Below are positions 20,433-30,314 of a stretch of DNA of 32,000 nucleotides, piece after piece; position 1 is the first letter of the stretch; each line of letters begins with the position of its first letter. The position numbers and the translations under genes were made by a program. The stretch comes from Methanothermobacter thermautotrophicus str. Delta H. GTDB taxonomy: Archaea; Methanobacteriota; Methanobacteria; Methanobacteriales; Methanothermobacteraceae. A model generated the notes under the pieces. The model saw nothing but the letters and a program-made list of their open reading frames with translations. It did no database searches and was not told the origin of the DNA. The stretch is from assembly GCF_000008645.1 (NCBI RefSeq), contig NC_000916.1:750001-782000 (forward strand), given 5' to 3'.

Positions 20433-21153
20433 GGGTGGAGCCCTTGCAGAGCTGACCCTCGAGAAGAGCGTTACCCAGGCCGAACTGGAATCGCTCCTCA
20501 GGGAGAAACTGGGCACAGGAGACATTAAGGTCCTCTCCATAAGAGGGGAAAGGGTGACGGTACAGTTCGGTACAGACATGGATGTTGTGAAGGTGAGTGA
20601 AGCCCTCAGGGGCACCGCAACCATCAACAGTTACAAGGCAGTCGGTCCCGTTCTGAGCAAACAGGCCATGAACCAGATCTACTGGGCCATTGGCTTCGCA
20701 TTCCTCTTCATGTCGGTGACGGTTTTCATAATATTCAGGGACCCGGTCCCCTCACTGGCAGTTATACTCGCAGCAGCATCTGATATCATAATAGCCGTGG
20801 GTGGGATGTCACTCTTTGGCATACCCCTCTCACTGGCATCTGTCGGTGCGATACTGATGCTCATAGGTTACAGCGTGGACACAGACATACTCCTTACCAC
20901 AAGGGTCCTTAAACGCAGGAAGGGGACCATAAACGAGAGGGCCCTGGGGGCCATGAAGACGGGTGTTACAATGTCCATAGCTGCAATCGCATCAATGGCA
21001 GCACTCTACCTTGTGACGGTGTTTGTGATGCCCGAGGCCAGGGTGCTGAGTGATATAGCAGCAGTCCTGATAATTGGGCTCCTGGCGGATATCCTGACCA
21101 CATGGCTCATGAACCTTGGAATTCTGAGATGGTACCTGGAGGTTAGATCATGA
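20380..21153 (+). CDS. secF: Protein-export membrane protein SecF, main part (5' end affected by apparent frameshift; true continuation begins near 20422)
   Basis: [17 protein letters not shown]..., [77 protein letters not shown]. First ~14 codons of the track ORF are not SecF-like. Confidence 0.88.
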   Translation: MRYFSLSSMDSTRVVDLKGGALAELTLEKSVTQAELESLLREKLGTGDIKVLSIRGERVTVQFGTDMDVVKVSEALRGTATINSYKAVGPVLSKQAMNQIYWAIGFAFLFMSVTVFIIFRDPVPSLAVILAAASDIIIAVGGMSLFGIPLSLASVGAILMLIGYSVDTDILLTTRVLKRRKGTINERALGAMKTGVTMSIAAIASMAALYLVTVFVMPEARVLSDIAAVLIIGLLADILTTWLMNLGILRWYLEVRS

Positions 21154-22361
21154 ACAGGAAGGTATCAAAGTTTCTTAAGGATTACAGGGTGATACTCCTC
21201 ATAGTCCTCGTGGCGGCGAGTATCACTGCAATATCAACCATGGGTATTCAGCAGGGACTTGACCTTCAGGGAGGGTCACTCATACAGATACAGCTCGAGA
21301 GGCCGGTTGATGCCGCCACCATGAACACCGTAACCAGTGTACTTGATAAGAGGCTCAACATATTCGGTGTGAAGGATGTGAAGGTGCGTGCAAGCGGAGA
21401 CCAGAACGTTATAGTTGAAATTGCTGGCGTCCAGCCGGACCAGGTCGCAGATATAGTTGGTAAACCCGGTAAGTTTGAGGCAAAGATAGGTAACGAGACC
21501 GTTCTCACAGGCACAGATATTGTGAGCGTCCAGCCCCCCATAATAACCGGGAATGAATGGGAGGTCCCATTCAGACTCTCAACAGATGGCGCCAGGAAGT
21601 TCGCAGAGGCAGCCAGGGGCAAGGCAGGAGAACCCGTTAAGATGTACCTGGACGACCGCCTCATAACAGCCCCTGAAATATCAGCCGAGGTTGCCACTGG
21701 AAAACCGGTCACAGATGTCAGGATAACAGGGGCAGAGAACAGCAAGGCAGAGGCCGAGGTCCAGGCGAAGGAGATAGAGACCCTCCTCAAATCAGGTTCG
21801 CTGCCGGTTAAGGTTAAGATAGTCGGTGTGAGCAGCGTATCCCCTGAACTCGGAAAACAGTTCGCAGAGGGTGCAGTGATCGCCGGGCTTCTCGCGGTTC
21901 TGGCAATAGCGGTGATACTCATAGTGAGGTACCGCAGCCCAATCCTCGTCCTGCCAATATTTTTCACAACCCTCGCAGAGCTCCTGCTTATACTGGGAGC
22001 GGCTGCTGTTATCCGGTGGAACATCGACCTTGCAGCCATAGCAGGTATACTGGCAGCGATAGGTACCGGGGTGGACGACCAGATAATCATAACAGACGAG
22101 GTCCTCTCGGGTGAGGGCCGCAGAACAAGGAGGAAGTTCAGGATAAAGGACGCCTTCTTCATAATATTCGCATCAGCAGGTACCCTCATAGCTGCAATGC
22201 TTCCACTGGCATACATAGGCTTTTCAAGGGGTGCCACAGGTATAGGTCTCCTTGCTGGCTTTGCATTCACAACGGTCCTCGGAGTCATCATAGGAGTCTT
22301 CATCACAAGACCAGTGTATGCAAGATTCATTGAAACCTTCAACGTTGCTGGAAGAAAATAG
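21150..22361 (+). CDS. secD: Protein-export membrane protein SecD
   Basis: 403 aa; [27 protein letters not shown]..., [24 protein letters not shown]..., [31 protein letters not shown] overlap with secF. Confidence 0.94.
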   Translation: MNRKVSKFLKDYRVILLIVLVAASITAISTMGIQQGLDLQGGSLIQIQLERPVDAATMNTVTSVLDKRLNIFGVKDVKVRASGDQNVIVEIAGVQPDQVADIVGKPGKFEAKIGNETVLTGTDIVSVQPPIITGNEWEVPFRLSTDGARKFAEAARGKAGEPVKMYLDDRLITAPEISAEVATGKPVTDVRITGAENSKAEAEVQAKEIETLLKSGSLPVKVKIVGVSSVSPELGKQFAEGAVIAGLLAVLAIAVILIVRYRSPILVLPIFFTTLAELLLILGAAAVIRWNIDLAAIAGILAAIGTGVDDQIIITDEVLSGEGRRTRRKFRIKDAFFIIFASAGTLIAAMLPLAYIGFSRGATGIGLLAGFAFTTVLGVIIGVFITRPVYARFIETFNVAGRK

Positions 22362-22435
22362 GAGGGTCCTCACCAGTGAAGGGGAATAGGGGATGTCCCT
22401 TCCCCATTCAACGTCAGATAATAAGAGGGATGGAT

Positions 22436-22900
22436 ATGAAGAAACCCTTTGAACTGAGGGTCAAACCAATAAAGAACGGAACAGTTATCGATCATATAAC
22501 CGCAAACAGATCTCTGAATGTCCTCAACATCCTTGGGCTCCCTGATGGGCGCAGCAAGGTGACCGTTGCCATGAATATGGATTCCTCCCAGCTTGGATCC
22601 AAGGACATAGTTAAAATAGAGAACAGGGAACTCAAACCCTCGGAGGTTGACCAGATAGCCCTCATAGCCCCCAGAGCTACAATAAACATTGTGAGGGATT
22701 ATAAGATTGTTGAGAAGGCCAAGGTGAGGCTCATGGATGAGGTGAGGGGCATCCTCAGATGTCCCAACCCCAACTGCATCACAAACAGTGACGAGGGTGT
22801 TGAGAACCGTTTCTATGTCATCTCAGAGGAACCCGTTCTCCTACGCTGCTACTACTGTGAGCGCCTCATTGAGGCTGATGAGATAGAGTCACAGTTCTAG
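22436..22900 (+). CDS. pyrI: Aspartate carbamoyltransferase regulatory chain
   Basis: [38 protein letters not shown]...; C-terminal zinc site [21 protein letters not shown]...[15 protein letters not shown]. Confidence 0.95.
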   Translation: MKKPFELRVKPIKNGTVIDHITANRSLNVLNILGLPDGRSKVTVAMNMDSSQLGSKDIVKIENRELKPSEVDQIALIAPRATINIVRDYKIVEKAKVRLMDEVRGILRCPNPNCITNSDEGVENRFYVISEEPVLLRCYYCERLIEADEIESQF

Positions 22901-22978
22901 GAGTGATACCATGAAATTTGAATACCCTGAAAGCCAGATCACCCAGAGCCAGTCACAGTTCCAGGAGTGATACCATGA
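22887..22978 (+). repeat. 28-bp direct duplication of the pyrI-stop / next-gene-start junction
   Basis: agtcacagttctaggagtgataccatga (22887-22914) and agtcacagttccaggagtgataccatga (22951-22978), one mismatch, 64-bp period. Confidence 0.93.
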
Positions 22979-24645
22979 GATTGAAGTTAGCTGTCATTCT
23001 GATGGCATTCCTCCTTTTAGTTTCGCCTGCATCTGCAGCACTTTTTGTAACGAACCCCTCCCATGCTGTCATAACTGCACCTGCAGCGGCCCATACAGAT
23101 GGCAGGTTGATAATCAGCAGTTACACGCCTGAGAAGTCTGTGGTGAAGTATCTCAGGGGCCAGAACCCGGTGGTTGTCGGCGATATAAGGTTAAACGGGA
23201 CCAGGATCCCTGCAAGGACATCTTCACTTGCACGTTACTGGACCCGGAGTGACGTGGTTGTTCTGGGGACAGGGTCAGACATTTCAGCAGCATATCTTGC
23301 AATAAAAAACGATGCTCCCCTGCTTATAGCCGGTAAAACATTACCAGCAGCCACCAGGACAGAAATAAAACGTTTAAAGCCCAGGAGCATAATCATATGC
23401 GCATCTCCGTCAGCCATACCGTCCTCATCCCTGAGGGGTCTTGGAATACCCTGCAGGCGGGTCTGGTATGGAAGTGATGCTGCAACCCTCAGCGCAGTCC
23501 GGCCAGCATCTTCACGGAAGGTATCAGCGCCAGGGAAGCTTCTGCCGGTTGCCATGGTAATCTGGAAGACCAGGGCATCCTACAGTATTTCAACAGGAGT
23601 GAAGGTCAACGGCACATCCCTCTGGTCTTCAGGGTACCCCACAACCTCGATTATAATGAACCGTTACGCATCAGGCAACCCAGAAACCATATACATAAGC
23701 TCTGACAGGCTCAGTGGTGTGAATGGCAGGAGCCTGATGGAGTCCATAAGGGCCGAGATAAGTGGTTCAGCCAGGGTCATAATTGATGAGAAGTCACCCG
23801 CCCCTGGAGAGGCTGACCGGGCGATTAAGAACGCCCCGAATGGTTCGCTGGCTGTTTACATAGCTGCAGCATGTCCCGGCACAATGTACGGTACTGTATC
23901 AGGCGTGAAGAAAGGGTACCTGAGATCCTATGCCAGTGGACTTGATGGTATCGTCTATGTGAACTATGGAAGTCTCAACCTTGCCTCGACTGGATACCTG
24001 CCGAGGGCCTGGGACGATAACTTCTCCAGCGCATACTTCGCAGGGATAAATGAACCTGCAAGATTCCTGAGGGATGCAGGTATACTTCTCATAGAACCCA
24101 AGAACTTCAGCCGTGATGAACAGATACACCTCACAGCCATGAAGCTGATTGACTATGCCTACTCTGCAGATGGAGATCACCTGGGGGATATGGATACCTC
24201 CAGATACGTTGCAAGGCATGAGATTGACCCCACAACGCTATCCACAGACGCCAGGAGAATAGTCAGGGGAGAGGCCACGTTAATGCCCCGGCAGGAATGG
24301 GTATACCTTGCATCACAGTACATTGCAGGGCTTCCCATAAGGAAGAACACCACAGGGATATCAGATGCCTCATCATCCATTAACACCTACACCGGGACAC
24401 TGTCAAGGACAGAGTACCGTGACGTTGCACGGAGGGTCTATGAGTTCACCAGGCGTAATGGCAGGCTCCCATCATATGTGCAGGTGGGTGCTGATAAGAT
24501 CGGCAGGGATGAATACACAGCCATGTTTGCACAGATAATCCAGAACCACACCGAAAGGAGCAAGATGGTGTTCCCATCATCTGTGAAGGTCGGTGAGAGC
24601 CTGATTGACAGTGTGGTGGAGTTCATAAAGGACCTCATCACCTGA
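22975..24645 (+). CDS. Secreted cell-surface protein with CWB2-like N-terminal part and a C-terminal pseudomurein-binding-repeat-like segment
   Basis: ATG 22975: MRLKLAVILMAFLLLVSPASAALFVTNPSHAVITAP (signal peptide); SDISAAYLAIKNDAPLLIAGKTLPAATRTEIKRLKPRSIIICASPSAI; LSRTEYRDVARRVYEFTRRNGRLPSYVQVGADKIGRDEYTAMFAQII. Confidence 0.75.
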   Translation: MRLKLAVILMAFLLLVSPASAALFVTNPSHAVITAPAAAHTDGRLIISSYTPEKSVVKYLRGQNPVVVGDIRLNGTRIPARTSSLARYWTRSDVVVLGTGSDISAAYLAIKNDAPLLIAGKTLPAATRTEIKRLKPRSIIICASPSAIPSSSLRGLGIPCRRVWYGSDAATLSAVRPASSRKVSAPGKLLPVAMVIWKTRASYSISTGVKVNGTSLWSSGYPTTSIIMNRYASGNPETIYISSDRLSGVNGRSLMESIRAEISGSARVIIDEKSPAPGEADRAIKNAPNGSLAVYIAAACPGTMYGTVSGVKKGYLRSYASGLDGIVYVNYGSLNLASTGYLPRAWDDNFSSAYFAGINEPARFLRDAGILLIEPKNFSRDEQIHLTAMKLIDYAYSADGDHLGDMDTSRYVARHEIDPTTLSTDARRIVRGEATLMPRQEWVYLASQYIAGLPIRKNTTGISDASSSINTYTGTLSRTEYRDVARRVYEFTRRNGRLPSYVQVGADKIGRDEYTAMFAQIIQNHTERSKMVFPSSVKVGESLIDSVVEFIKDLIT

Positions 24646-24681
24646 AACTTTCATTTTTTCAAAAAAACCGTTAAAAAAGAT

Positions 24682-24702
24682 AAAAATGAACCCTTCATTT
24701 TT
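24682..24702. terminator. Candidate bidirectional terminator/hairpin between convergent genes
   Basis: Perfect inverted repeat AAAAATGAA-CCC-TTCATTTTT in an A/T-rich convergent intergenic stretch. Confidence 0.45.
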
Positions 24703-24760
24703 CAGAAAAAAAGCCTGAGGGGATAAAATAGTAAGATAAAATAGAGACTCCTCTTAAAGA

Positions 24761-25555
24761 TCAGATGACCCCATTGTACTTGAGGAAGCCTATCATTTGA
24801 GTATAGGATTTTGTGACACTTCCAGATGCCACTGAGCCATGGGGAGATCTGACCTCAGCGGTCACTGCAGGGATACCTGCAAGGTTGCATACATCCTCAA
24901 GGGCTCCCGGATAATCCTTACCTGCAACCTGAGCCGGTATGAAGGCTGACCCGCTGTAACGGCTCATCTGGTATGCCATGCGGTAGCTTTCATAGGTGGG
25001 GATCCTTGTACAGAGGATGGATGTTTTCCCCGGGACTCCCCCAGGCCTTGTTGAATGGAAGTCACCGACTGCATCCACGTCCCTTGAAAGTGCAATCTGG
25101 AGTATCCTGTTTGTGGGTGTCCCCCTGATATTCGCTATGCTGTTGGGGTTCTTACCCTTCCAGTATCTGTAAGTTTTCGCGGTGGATGATGGTATGAGGA
25201 AGGGTACAACGTAGACAGTGCCTCTGATATTCCTGCCAGATAAGTAGTTTATGAGTTTCACAGCGGCTATGGACGCTGGAAGTTCATTTCCATGGACACC
25301 CGCCACTATTATAACTTTCTTCCCCCCTCCATTGCCAAATGTGAACATGGGTGTTCCCTTTCTGGCTGCCTGGAACACCTCGGACGTTACCTGGGTCCTG
25401 GGGGTGTACTTCTTTATGTAGTAGTTCTTTGACACATCCCCCCCTGTACCCGTGTAGATTATCTCAGTTTTGATGGCTGATGCTACCTGAAGAGTGGAGA
25501 ACAGAAGCACAGCCGAAAATAGGAGGGTCATGATTTTAAGCCATGAGTTTTTCAT
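24761..25555 (-). CDS. Secreted succinylglutamate desuccinylase/aspartoacylase-like (M14-like) zinc hydrolase
   Basis: 264 aa; signal peptide MKNSWLKIMTLLFSAVLLFSTLQVASA; KKVIIVAGVHGNELPASIAAVKLINYL (HxxE), DAVGDFHSTRPGG, AVTAEVRSPHG. Confidence 0.75.
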   Translation of the reverse strand: MKNSWLKIMTLLFSAVLLFSTLQVASAIKTEIIYTGTGGDVSKNYYIKKYTPRTQVTSEVFQAARKGTPMFTFGNGGGKKVIIVAGVHGNELPASIAAVKLINYLSGRNIRGTVYVVPFLIPSSTAKTYRYWKGKNPNSIANIRGTPTNRILQIALSRDVDAVGDFHSTRPGGVPGKTSILCTRIPTYESYRMAYQMSRYSGSAFIPAQVAGKDYPGALEDVCNLAGIPAVTAEVRSPHGSVASGSVTKSYTQMIGFLKYNGVI

Positions 25556-25651
25556 AATTTCACCTTTGATATAGGTATGTTATCGCCGATATAAAAAAAT
25601 AATCCAGAAATTGAATAACAGCAGCATGTATTAAGATCGGGAAAGGCTCCA

Positions 25652-26827
25652 TCATAAAACTGAAACTATATGGCGTGCCAGACGCCTTGCAAGTGCCATT
25701 ATGGTAAGTATGGGTGGAGCACCAGGCGCTGCTGGCAGCACACTCGCATCGGCCACAAAGAGGCCCTCAATGGAGGTCTCCAGGTTCTCATCAACAACCT
25801 CCCCCAGGGAAGCGGTACCACCAGGGTGGGCCCCCCTGGGTCTCGTGGACCTCAACGTGCCCGCCCCAACACCGGCCCGTGAGAGTATGCTCCCTGCAAT
25901 GGCTGCACCCCCTGAGAGGAGACTGATGTCCCTGACGGTGTGGTGCTTGACAATCCTGTCGGCCTCCACACGTCCAGATCTCTCATCGGCTATCTTAACC
26001 ATGATACCCAGGACGTTCCTCCTATCATCCTCAGGGAACAGGAGGGTTGAGAAGTGGGGTGAGAGTATAACACCATCAAGTTCTATGAGGGCGTTCATCT
26101 GGACCTCATCACAGAACCCAACCCCCTCAAGTATACCCCCCACGGTCACAAAGGTGTCCATGAAGAGTCCGTTACCTGCATCTATACCCGCCCTCATGAG
26201 TATCCTGGGGGTTTCGATGGCTCCAGCTGCCAGCACAACCGTTTCATCATGGAAATCTCCCCGGGATGTTCTCAGACCCGAAACTGATCCATTCCTGACA
26301 ATTATGTTCTTTGCCTCGGTTTCTTCAATGAGAACAGCCCCGTGTTCAACTGCCTCATCAAGGAATCTCCTTGCAGACCACTTAGCAGCCCTCGGGCATC
26401 CGAATGAGCATTTACCGCAGGGCCTGCATTTATCAGGGTCTATGAATTTAGGCATCTTCTTTACACCGAGACCAAGGGATTCTGCAGCATCCATTATCAG
26501 GGCTGTGCCCCTGCCGGTGTGGGTGTCTGGAAGCTCCCTTACCCTGAGTTCAGCCTCAATGGCATGGAGGTCCTCTGTTATGTCAACCCCATAGTCCTTA
26601 AGGGTGTTCTCAAGGACCCGGACGGCGTTTCCTGCGGCAACAAGGGTTGACCCTCCAGCGCAGCTTGTCCTCAAGATATCCACATCGGGAGCTTCATCAT
26701 AGCACAGGAATGCATCGGAATCCTTAACACAGGGGCCCCTCTCAATTACGGTAACGTCAATGCCCCGGATGGCAAGTTCCCTTGCAAGGGTTGCACCTCC
26801 AGCACCGGAGCCAACCACAAGGACCAT
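25652..26827 (-). CDS. GMC-like FAD-dependent oxidoreductase containing a ferredoxin-like Cys motif
   Basis: 391 aa; VLVVGSGAGGATLARELAIRGIDVTVIERG; DPDKCRPCGKCSFGCPRAAKWSARRFLDEA; C-terminal LFVADASVLPAAPGAPPILTIMALARRLARHI. Confidence 0.82.
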   Translation of the reverse strand: MVLVVGSGAGGATLARELAIRGIDVTVIERGPCVKDSDAFLCYDEAPDVDILRTSCAGGSTLVAAGNAVRVLENTLKDYGVDITEDLHAIEAELRVRELPDTHTGRGTALIMDAAESLGLGVKKMPKFIDPDKCRPCGKCSFGCPRAAKWSARRFLDEAVEHGAVLIEETEAKNIIVRNGSVSGLRTSRGDFHDETVVLAAGAIETPRILMRAGIDAGNGLFMDTFVTVGGILEGVGFCDEVQMNALIELDGVILSPHFSTLLFPEDDRRNVLGIMVKIADERSGRVEADRIVKHHTVRDISLLSGGAAIAGSILSRAGVGAGTLRSTRPRGAHPGGTASLGEVVDENLETSIEGLFVADASVLPAAPGAPPILTIMALARRLARHIVSVL

Positions 26828-26849
26828 GATAGTTCCCTCTTTTCAGCTA

Positions 26850-27236
26850 TCAATCAAGCAGCACTATGGCCTTTGTGGGGCAGGAGTTTACACAGAAGCT
26901 GCAGCCGATACATTTCCTGTCATCGAGGACTATCTCCCAGTCATCCTCGATACATATGGCGCCAACCGGGCAGAGGGATACGCAGGCACCACAGTCCATG
27001 CACTTCTCACGGTCCTTCTTAACGACCCTCACTGCGGGGTGCACCTCTATACCGGCCTCCTCTATGAAGTCTATCCCCTCCCTCTCCTCGGGGCCGCTGA
27101 TCTCAACAAGCATCTTACCCCCACGGGGTGTGATGTTTGCCCTCAGGATGTTGAACTCGATGTCATACTTCTTTATGGCTTCTGATATTATTGACTTGTT
27201 AACAATGTTCGGTGAGAATTTAAGCCAGGCCTTCAT
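26850..27236 (-). CDS. NIL-domain plus 2x[4Fe-4S] ferredoxin protein, partner of DUF39 homocysteine-biosynthesis enzyme
   Basis: 128 aa; N-terminal NIL-like domain, then [54 protein letters not shown] overlap with upstream gene. Confidence 0.87.
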   Translation of the reverse strand: MKAWLKFSPNIVNKSIISEAIKKYDIEFNILRANITPRGGKMLVEISGPEEREGIDFIEEAGIEVHPAVRVVKKDREKCMDCGACVSLCPVGAICIEDDWEIVLDDRKCIGCSFCVNSCPTKAIVLLD

Positions 27237-28777
27237 ATTGATTCTCCCCTCTTATCAACTTTCCCTATTAACCTTGAAATGTCCTCCGCGGTCACTATAC
27301 CCTTAACGCGGTTTTCATCATCAACTATGGGTAAACCTGAAATGTTATACTTATCTATGCGTCTTGCAACAACGTCCACGGGCTCATTTTCCCTTGCAAC
27401 AACCACCTTGCGGGTCATGATATCCCTGAGTTTCCTCTTACCCCTTGCCACGGCGTCTGCAATGTCCCATGATGTTACGATACCCCTCAGGACGCCCTCA
27501 CTGTCAACGACGGGTATGTGGTTTATGTTATTGTCAACCATCTTCCTGGCCACATCCTTAAGGTCGTCCTCCTGGTGGGTTATGATGACCGGTTTGCTCT
27601 CAAGTTCCCGCACCATGATGGAGGGTCTTCTTATCTCAAGGGGTCGGGTGGCTGATCTTGAGGGTAGGCGCTTAACTGGCTCTGTGAGCAGGAAGTCGCC
27701 CCTTTCAATCCATGATTTGAGTTCCTCTGCAATCTTCAGGGCCCTCCTGATTGATGAGAGTGGTGATGCCGGGACCTCCATGCCATTTATTTCAATCTTC
27801 CCTGATCTGAGCTCCTTATAATTGGTCTCCTTAATCACGGGCCTTGATCTCCCTGGTACACCATAATCAATGACCCTGCAGACTATATCCTCATCTGATA
27901 TTCCTGTTGAAGCCGCTATGTCCTCGTTGAGTACTGGTATGGGTATCCCTGCGCCCACGTAGAGTGTTGGGCCGTACCTGGGCATTGTGGCTCCCCTCAC
28001 ATATTCTGGATCCATCTCCTTCATGTTACCCTTCAGCATGAGGGTGCCTGATGGTGAAACAGGTACACCATTTCTCCTCTCAGCCTCTGTTGAGTGCTGG
28101 GTACCCTCCCCCACTATGTAGCCCTCTGCGCCGCAGAGGAATATCCTTGTGCCGACACCTATGGTCTGGAAGTAGGGGTCATTCAGGAGGGGACTGAGCT
28201 CCCCCGCACTGGAGTAGGTGACGTTTCCATAGTTGGGGAGCAGTGTTCCCATGTAGGTGTAGAGTGTCTCCTCTGTGGAGTTGACCGCCACTGCATAGTT
28301 CTGGTAGCAGTTCCTCGGGTTAACCATGACCGCCTGGTTTATGGTCTCAAGGCTTATGAGGGTTTCAACATTCTTGAGGGGGTAGCAGTCTGTTCCATAG
28401 GCCTCTGCCACCAGTTCAACCTCCTTCCCCCTTATGAGGTCCTCTATTACATGTGAGCCCCCATAGTCAAGCCCTATGTCGGGGTCACGGTTTGGCTGTG
28501 TTGCGCCTATGTAGGCGTCAACTGCCGCGAGTCCAGAGTAAGCCTCAACACCATTGAGGTAGGTCCTTGACATCTTTATGGGAGGATCTGAGTGTCCGAA
28601 GTTGAGGAAAGCGCCTGATGAACACATAGCACCAAATGTACCTGTTGTAACAACATCAACTTCCTTTGCAGCGTCCATGGGGCCGTTTTCAGCAACTATC
28701 CTTGTCATTTCGGCTGCGGTGACAACCACAGCATCCCCATCCCTGATCTTCTGGTTTATCTCCTCAATTGTCTTCAA
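27233..28777 (-). CDS. Homocysteine biosynthesis protein (DUF39/COG1900, aspartate-semialdehyde sulfurtransferase type) with C-terminal CBS pair
   Basis: 514 aa; [24 protein letters not shown]..., [17 protein letters not shown]..., [18 protein letters not shown]; CBS domains [35 protein letters not shown] and [38 protein letters not shown] start inferred. Confidence 0.88.
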   Translation of the reverse strand: MKTIEEINQKIRDGDAVVVTAAEMTRIVAENGPMDAAKEVDVVTTGTFGAMCSSGAFLNFGHSDPPIKMSRTYLNGVEAYSGLAAVDAYIGATQPNRDPDIGLDYGGSHVIEDLIRGKEVELVAEAYGTDCYPLKNVETLISLETINQAVMVNPRNCYQNYAVAVNSTEETLYTYMGTLLPNYGNVTYSSAGELSPLLNDPYFQTIGVGTRIFLCGAEGYIVGEGTQHSTEAERRNGVPVSPSGTLMLKGNMKEMDPEYVRGATMPRYGPTLYVGAGIPIPVLNEDIAASTGISDEDIVCRVIDYGVPGRSRPVIKETNYKELRSGKIEINGMEVPASPLSSIRRALKIAEELKSWIERGDFLLTEPVKRLPSRSATRPLEIRRPSIMVRELESKPVIITHQEDDLKDVARKMVDNNINHIPVVDSEGVLRGIVTSWDIADAVARGKRKLRDIMTRKVVVARENEPVDVVARRIDKYNISGLPIVDDENRVKGIVTAEDISRLIGKVDKRGESI

Positions 28778-28801
28778 TTATACCACATCCGGTGCTATCC
28801 A

Positions 28802-28874
28802 TAAATGAACTGATTACTGGTATATGGATGTTCATTTAAATATTTTGAGTTCACAGAACCACTGCATGTGAACT
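28802..28874. promoter_or_regulatory. Two inverted repeats in the divergent promoter region
   Basis: TAAATGAAC (28802-28810)/GTTCATTTA (28830-28838) and AGTTCACA (28848-28855)/TGTGAACT (28867-28874); AT-rich TATA-like element at about 28833-28846 for the minus-strand gene. Confidence 0.5.
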
Positions 28875-28949
28875 TCAGTGTGACATCAAAAGAATCATAA
28901 GCACCCACCTACAGAATTAATAAGAGAAACTTTTGAAGGCTGATGGGAA

Positions 28950-30314
28950 ATGGAGATTGACACTGATTATCTTGGCAGCATACTCATGGACATAGAGGAT
29001 AGGGTGGAATATGCAGATATAAGGGCTGGCACCTCCCGGACCAGTTCCATTCTGATGAAGGACGGTAAACTGCAGGAGGTTAAATCCGGGAGAGCCTCTG
29101 GTTTCAGGATAAGGGTGCTGAGGAATGGTTCATGGGGATTCGCCTTTACAGATGAACCCTCCAGGCTCGGTGAAATGGCCCTTAAGGCCATAAAGATGAC
29201 CGGGTCCCTCAGGGGCGATGTCCAGGTGGGTTCAGGTGCCCCCTCTGTTGACAAAACCATGGTAAGGTCATCCCGGCCGCCCTCAGATGTTCCTGCAGCT
29301 GAGAAGCGGGAGCTGGTATCAGATGCACACCATGCCGCATCAGTTGATGGTGTTGTGAGCACCACTGTGAGCTACGTTGACATGGAGAGCTCATCTGCCT
29401 TCCTGAACTCAGAGGGGTCACTCATTGAGATGGCTGAGACCAGGGTCGCCCTCTTTCTAAACGCTGTTGCATCGGATGGCTCCGGGATACAGTTCGGCCA
29501 CAAAAGCTGCGGTGGAACCGGTGGCTTCGAAATACTGGAGAGGGAGGACATTGAGGAGCTCGGTCGCAGGACCGGTGAAAAGGCTGTTAGGCTCCTCAAG
29601 GCGAGTCCGCCGCCATCAGGACGCTTTGATATAGTAACTGACCCCGAACTTACGGGTGTATTCATACATGAGGCACTGGGGCACGCAGCCGAGGCAGACC
29701 TCATACTGCAGGGTGACTCCATACTCGAGGGTAAACTGGGGGAGAAGATTGCCTCTGAGGGTGTTACCATCATCGACGACCCTACGATTGATGGTTTTGG
29801 GAGTTACAGCTACGATGCAGAGGGTGTGAGGGCCGCTGAAACCGTTCTAGTGGAGAACGGCGTCCTCACTTCACTCCTTAACTCCAGGGAAACAGCCTTC
29901 AAACTTGGTCTTGAACCATCAGGGAATGCCCGTTCAGCCATAGGGGACCAGCCCATTGTCAGGATGAGCAACACATACCTCAAACCAGGCGATTTATCCT
30001 TCGATGAACTCATAGAGGATATCCGGAATGGTGTCTACCTGAGGGGTTCAAGGGGGGGCCAGGTGGATACCGGTAAGGGCATCTTCCAGTTCAATGCTGC
30101 TGAGTCATTCCGTATACAGGATGGTGAAATTGCAGAACCCGTCAAGGATGTCTCCCTCTCAGGAAACGTCCTGGAGACCCTCAAAAATGTTGACGGGGTT
30201 GGTTCAGACTTCAGGCTGGGGATTGGCTTCTGCGGGAAATCCGGGCAGAGCGTCCCTGTGGGCGATGGGGGCCCCCACGTGAGGATAAGGAATGCCATGG
30301 TGGGTGGAACATGA
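28950..30314 (+). CDS. tldD: TldD-family (TldD/PmbA) metallopeptidase homolog
   Basis: 454 aa; [85 protein letters not shown]. Confidence 0.9.
   Translation: MEIDTDYLGSILMDIEDRVEYADIRAGTSRTSSILMKDGKLQEVKSGRASGFRIRVLRNGSWGFAFTDEPSRLGEMALKAIKMTGSLRGDVQVGSGAPSVDKTMVRSSRPPSDVPAAEKRELVSDAHHAASVDGVVSTTVSYVDMESSSAFLNSEGSLIEMAETRVALFLNAVASDGSGIQFGHKSCGGTGGFEILEREDIEELGRRTGEKAVRLLKASPPPSGRFDIVTDPELTGVFIHEALGHAAEADLILQGDSILEGKLGEKIASEGVTIIDDPTIDGFGSYSYDAEGVRAAETVLVENGVLTSLLNSRETAFKLGLEPSGNARSAIGDQPIVRMSNTYLKPGDLSFDELIEDIRNGVYLRGSRGGQVDTGKGIFQFNAAESFRIQDGEIAEPVKDVSLSGNVLETLKNVDGVGSDFRLGIGFCGKSGQSVPVGDGGPHVRIRNAMVGGT

Noticed and set aside
21266-22342. 358-aa ORF antisense to secD
   Set aside because: secD on the plus strand is unambiguous; the antisense translation is Ser/Ala/Thr-rich, has no recognisable motif, and is expected from codon bias.
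22362-22435. GGGGAA/TTCCCC inverted repeat between secD and pyrI considered as an attenuator
   Set aside because: Short 6-bp arms with alternative pairings and no T-run; too weak to support without comparative data.
25701-26594. 297-aa ORF antisense to the GMC-like oxidoreductase gene
   Set aside because: Overlaps a clear CDS; composition is Ser/Pro-rich shadow-ORF type with no domain.
27279-27821. 180-aa plus-strand ORF opposite the CBS region of the DUF39 gene
   Set aside because: Low-complexity Ser/Leu/Thr-rich translation antisense to clear CBS domains.
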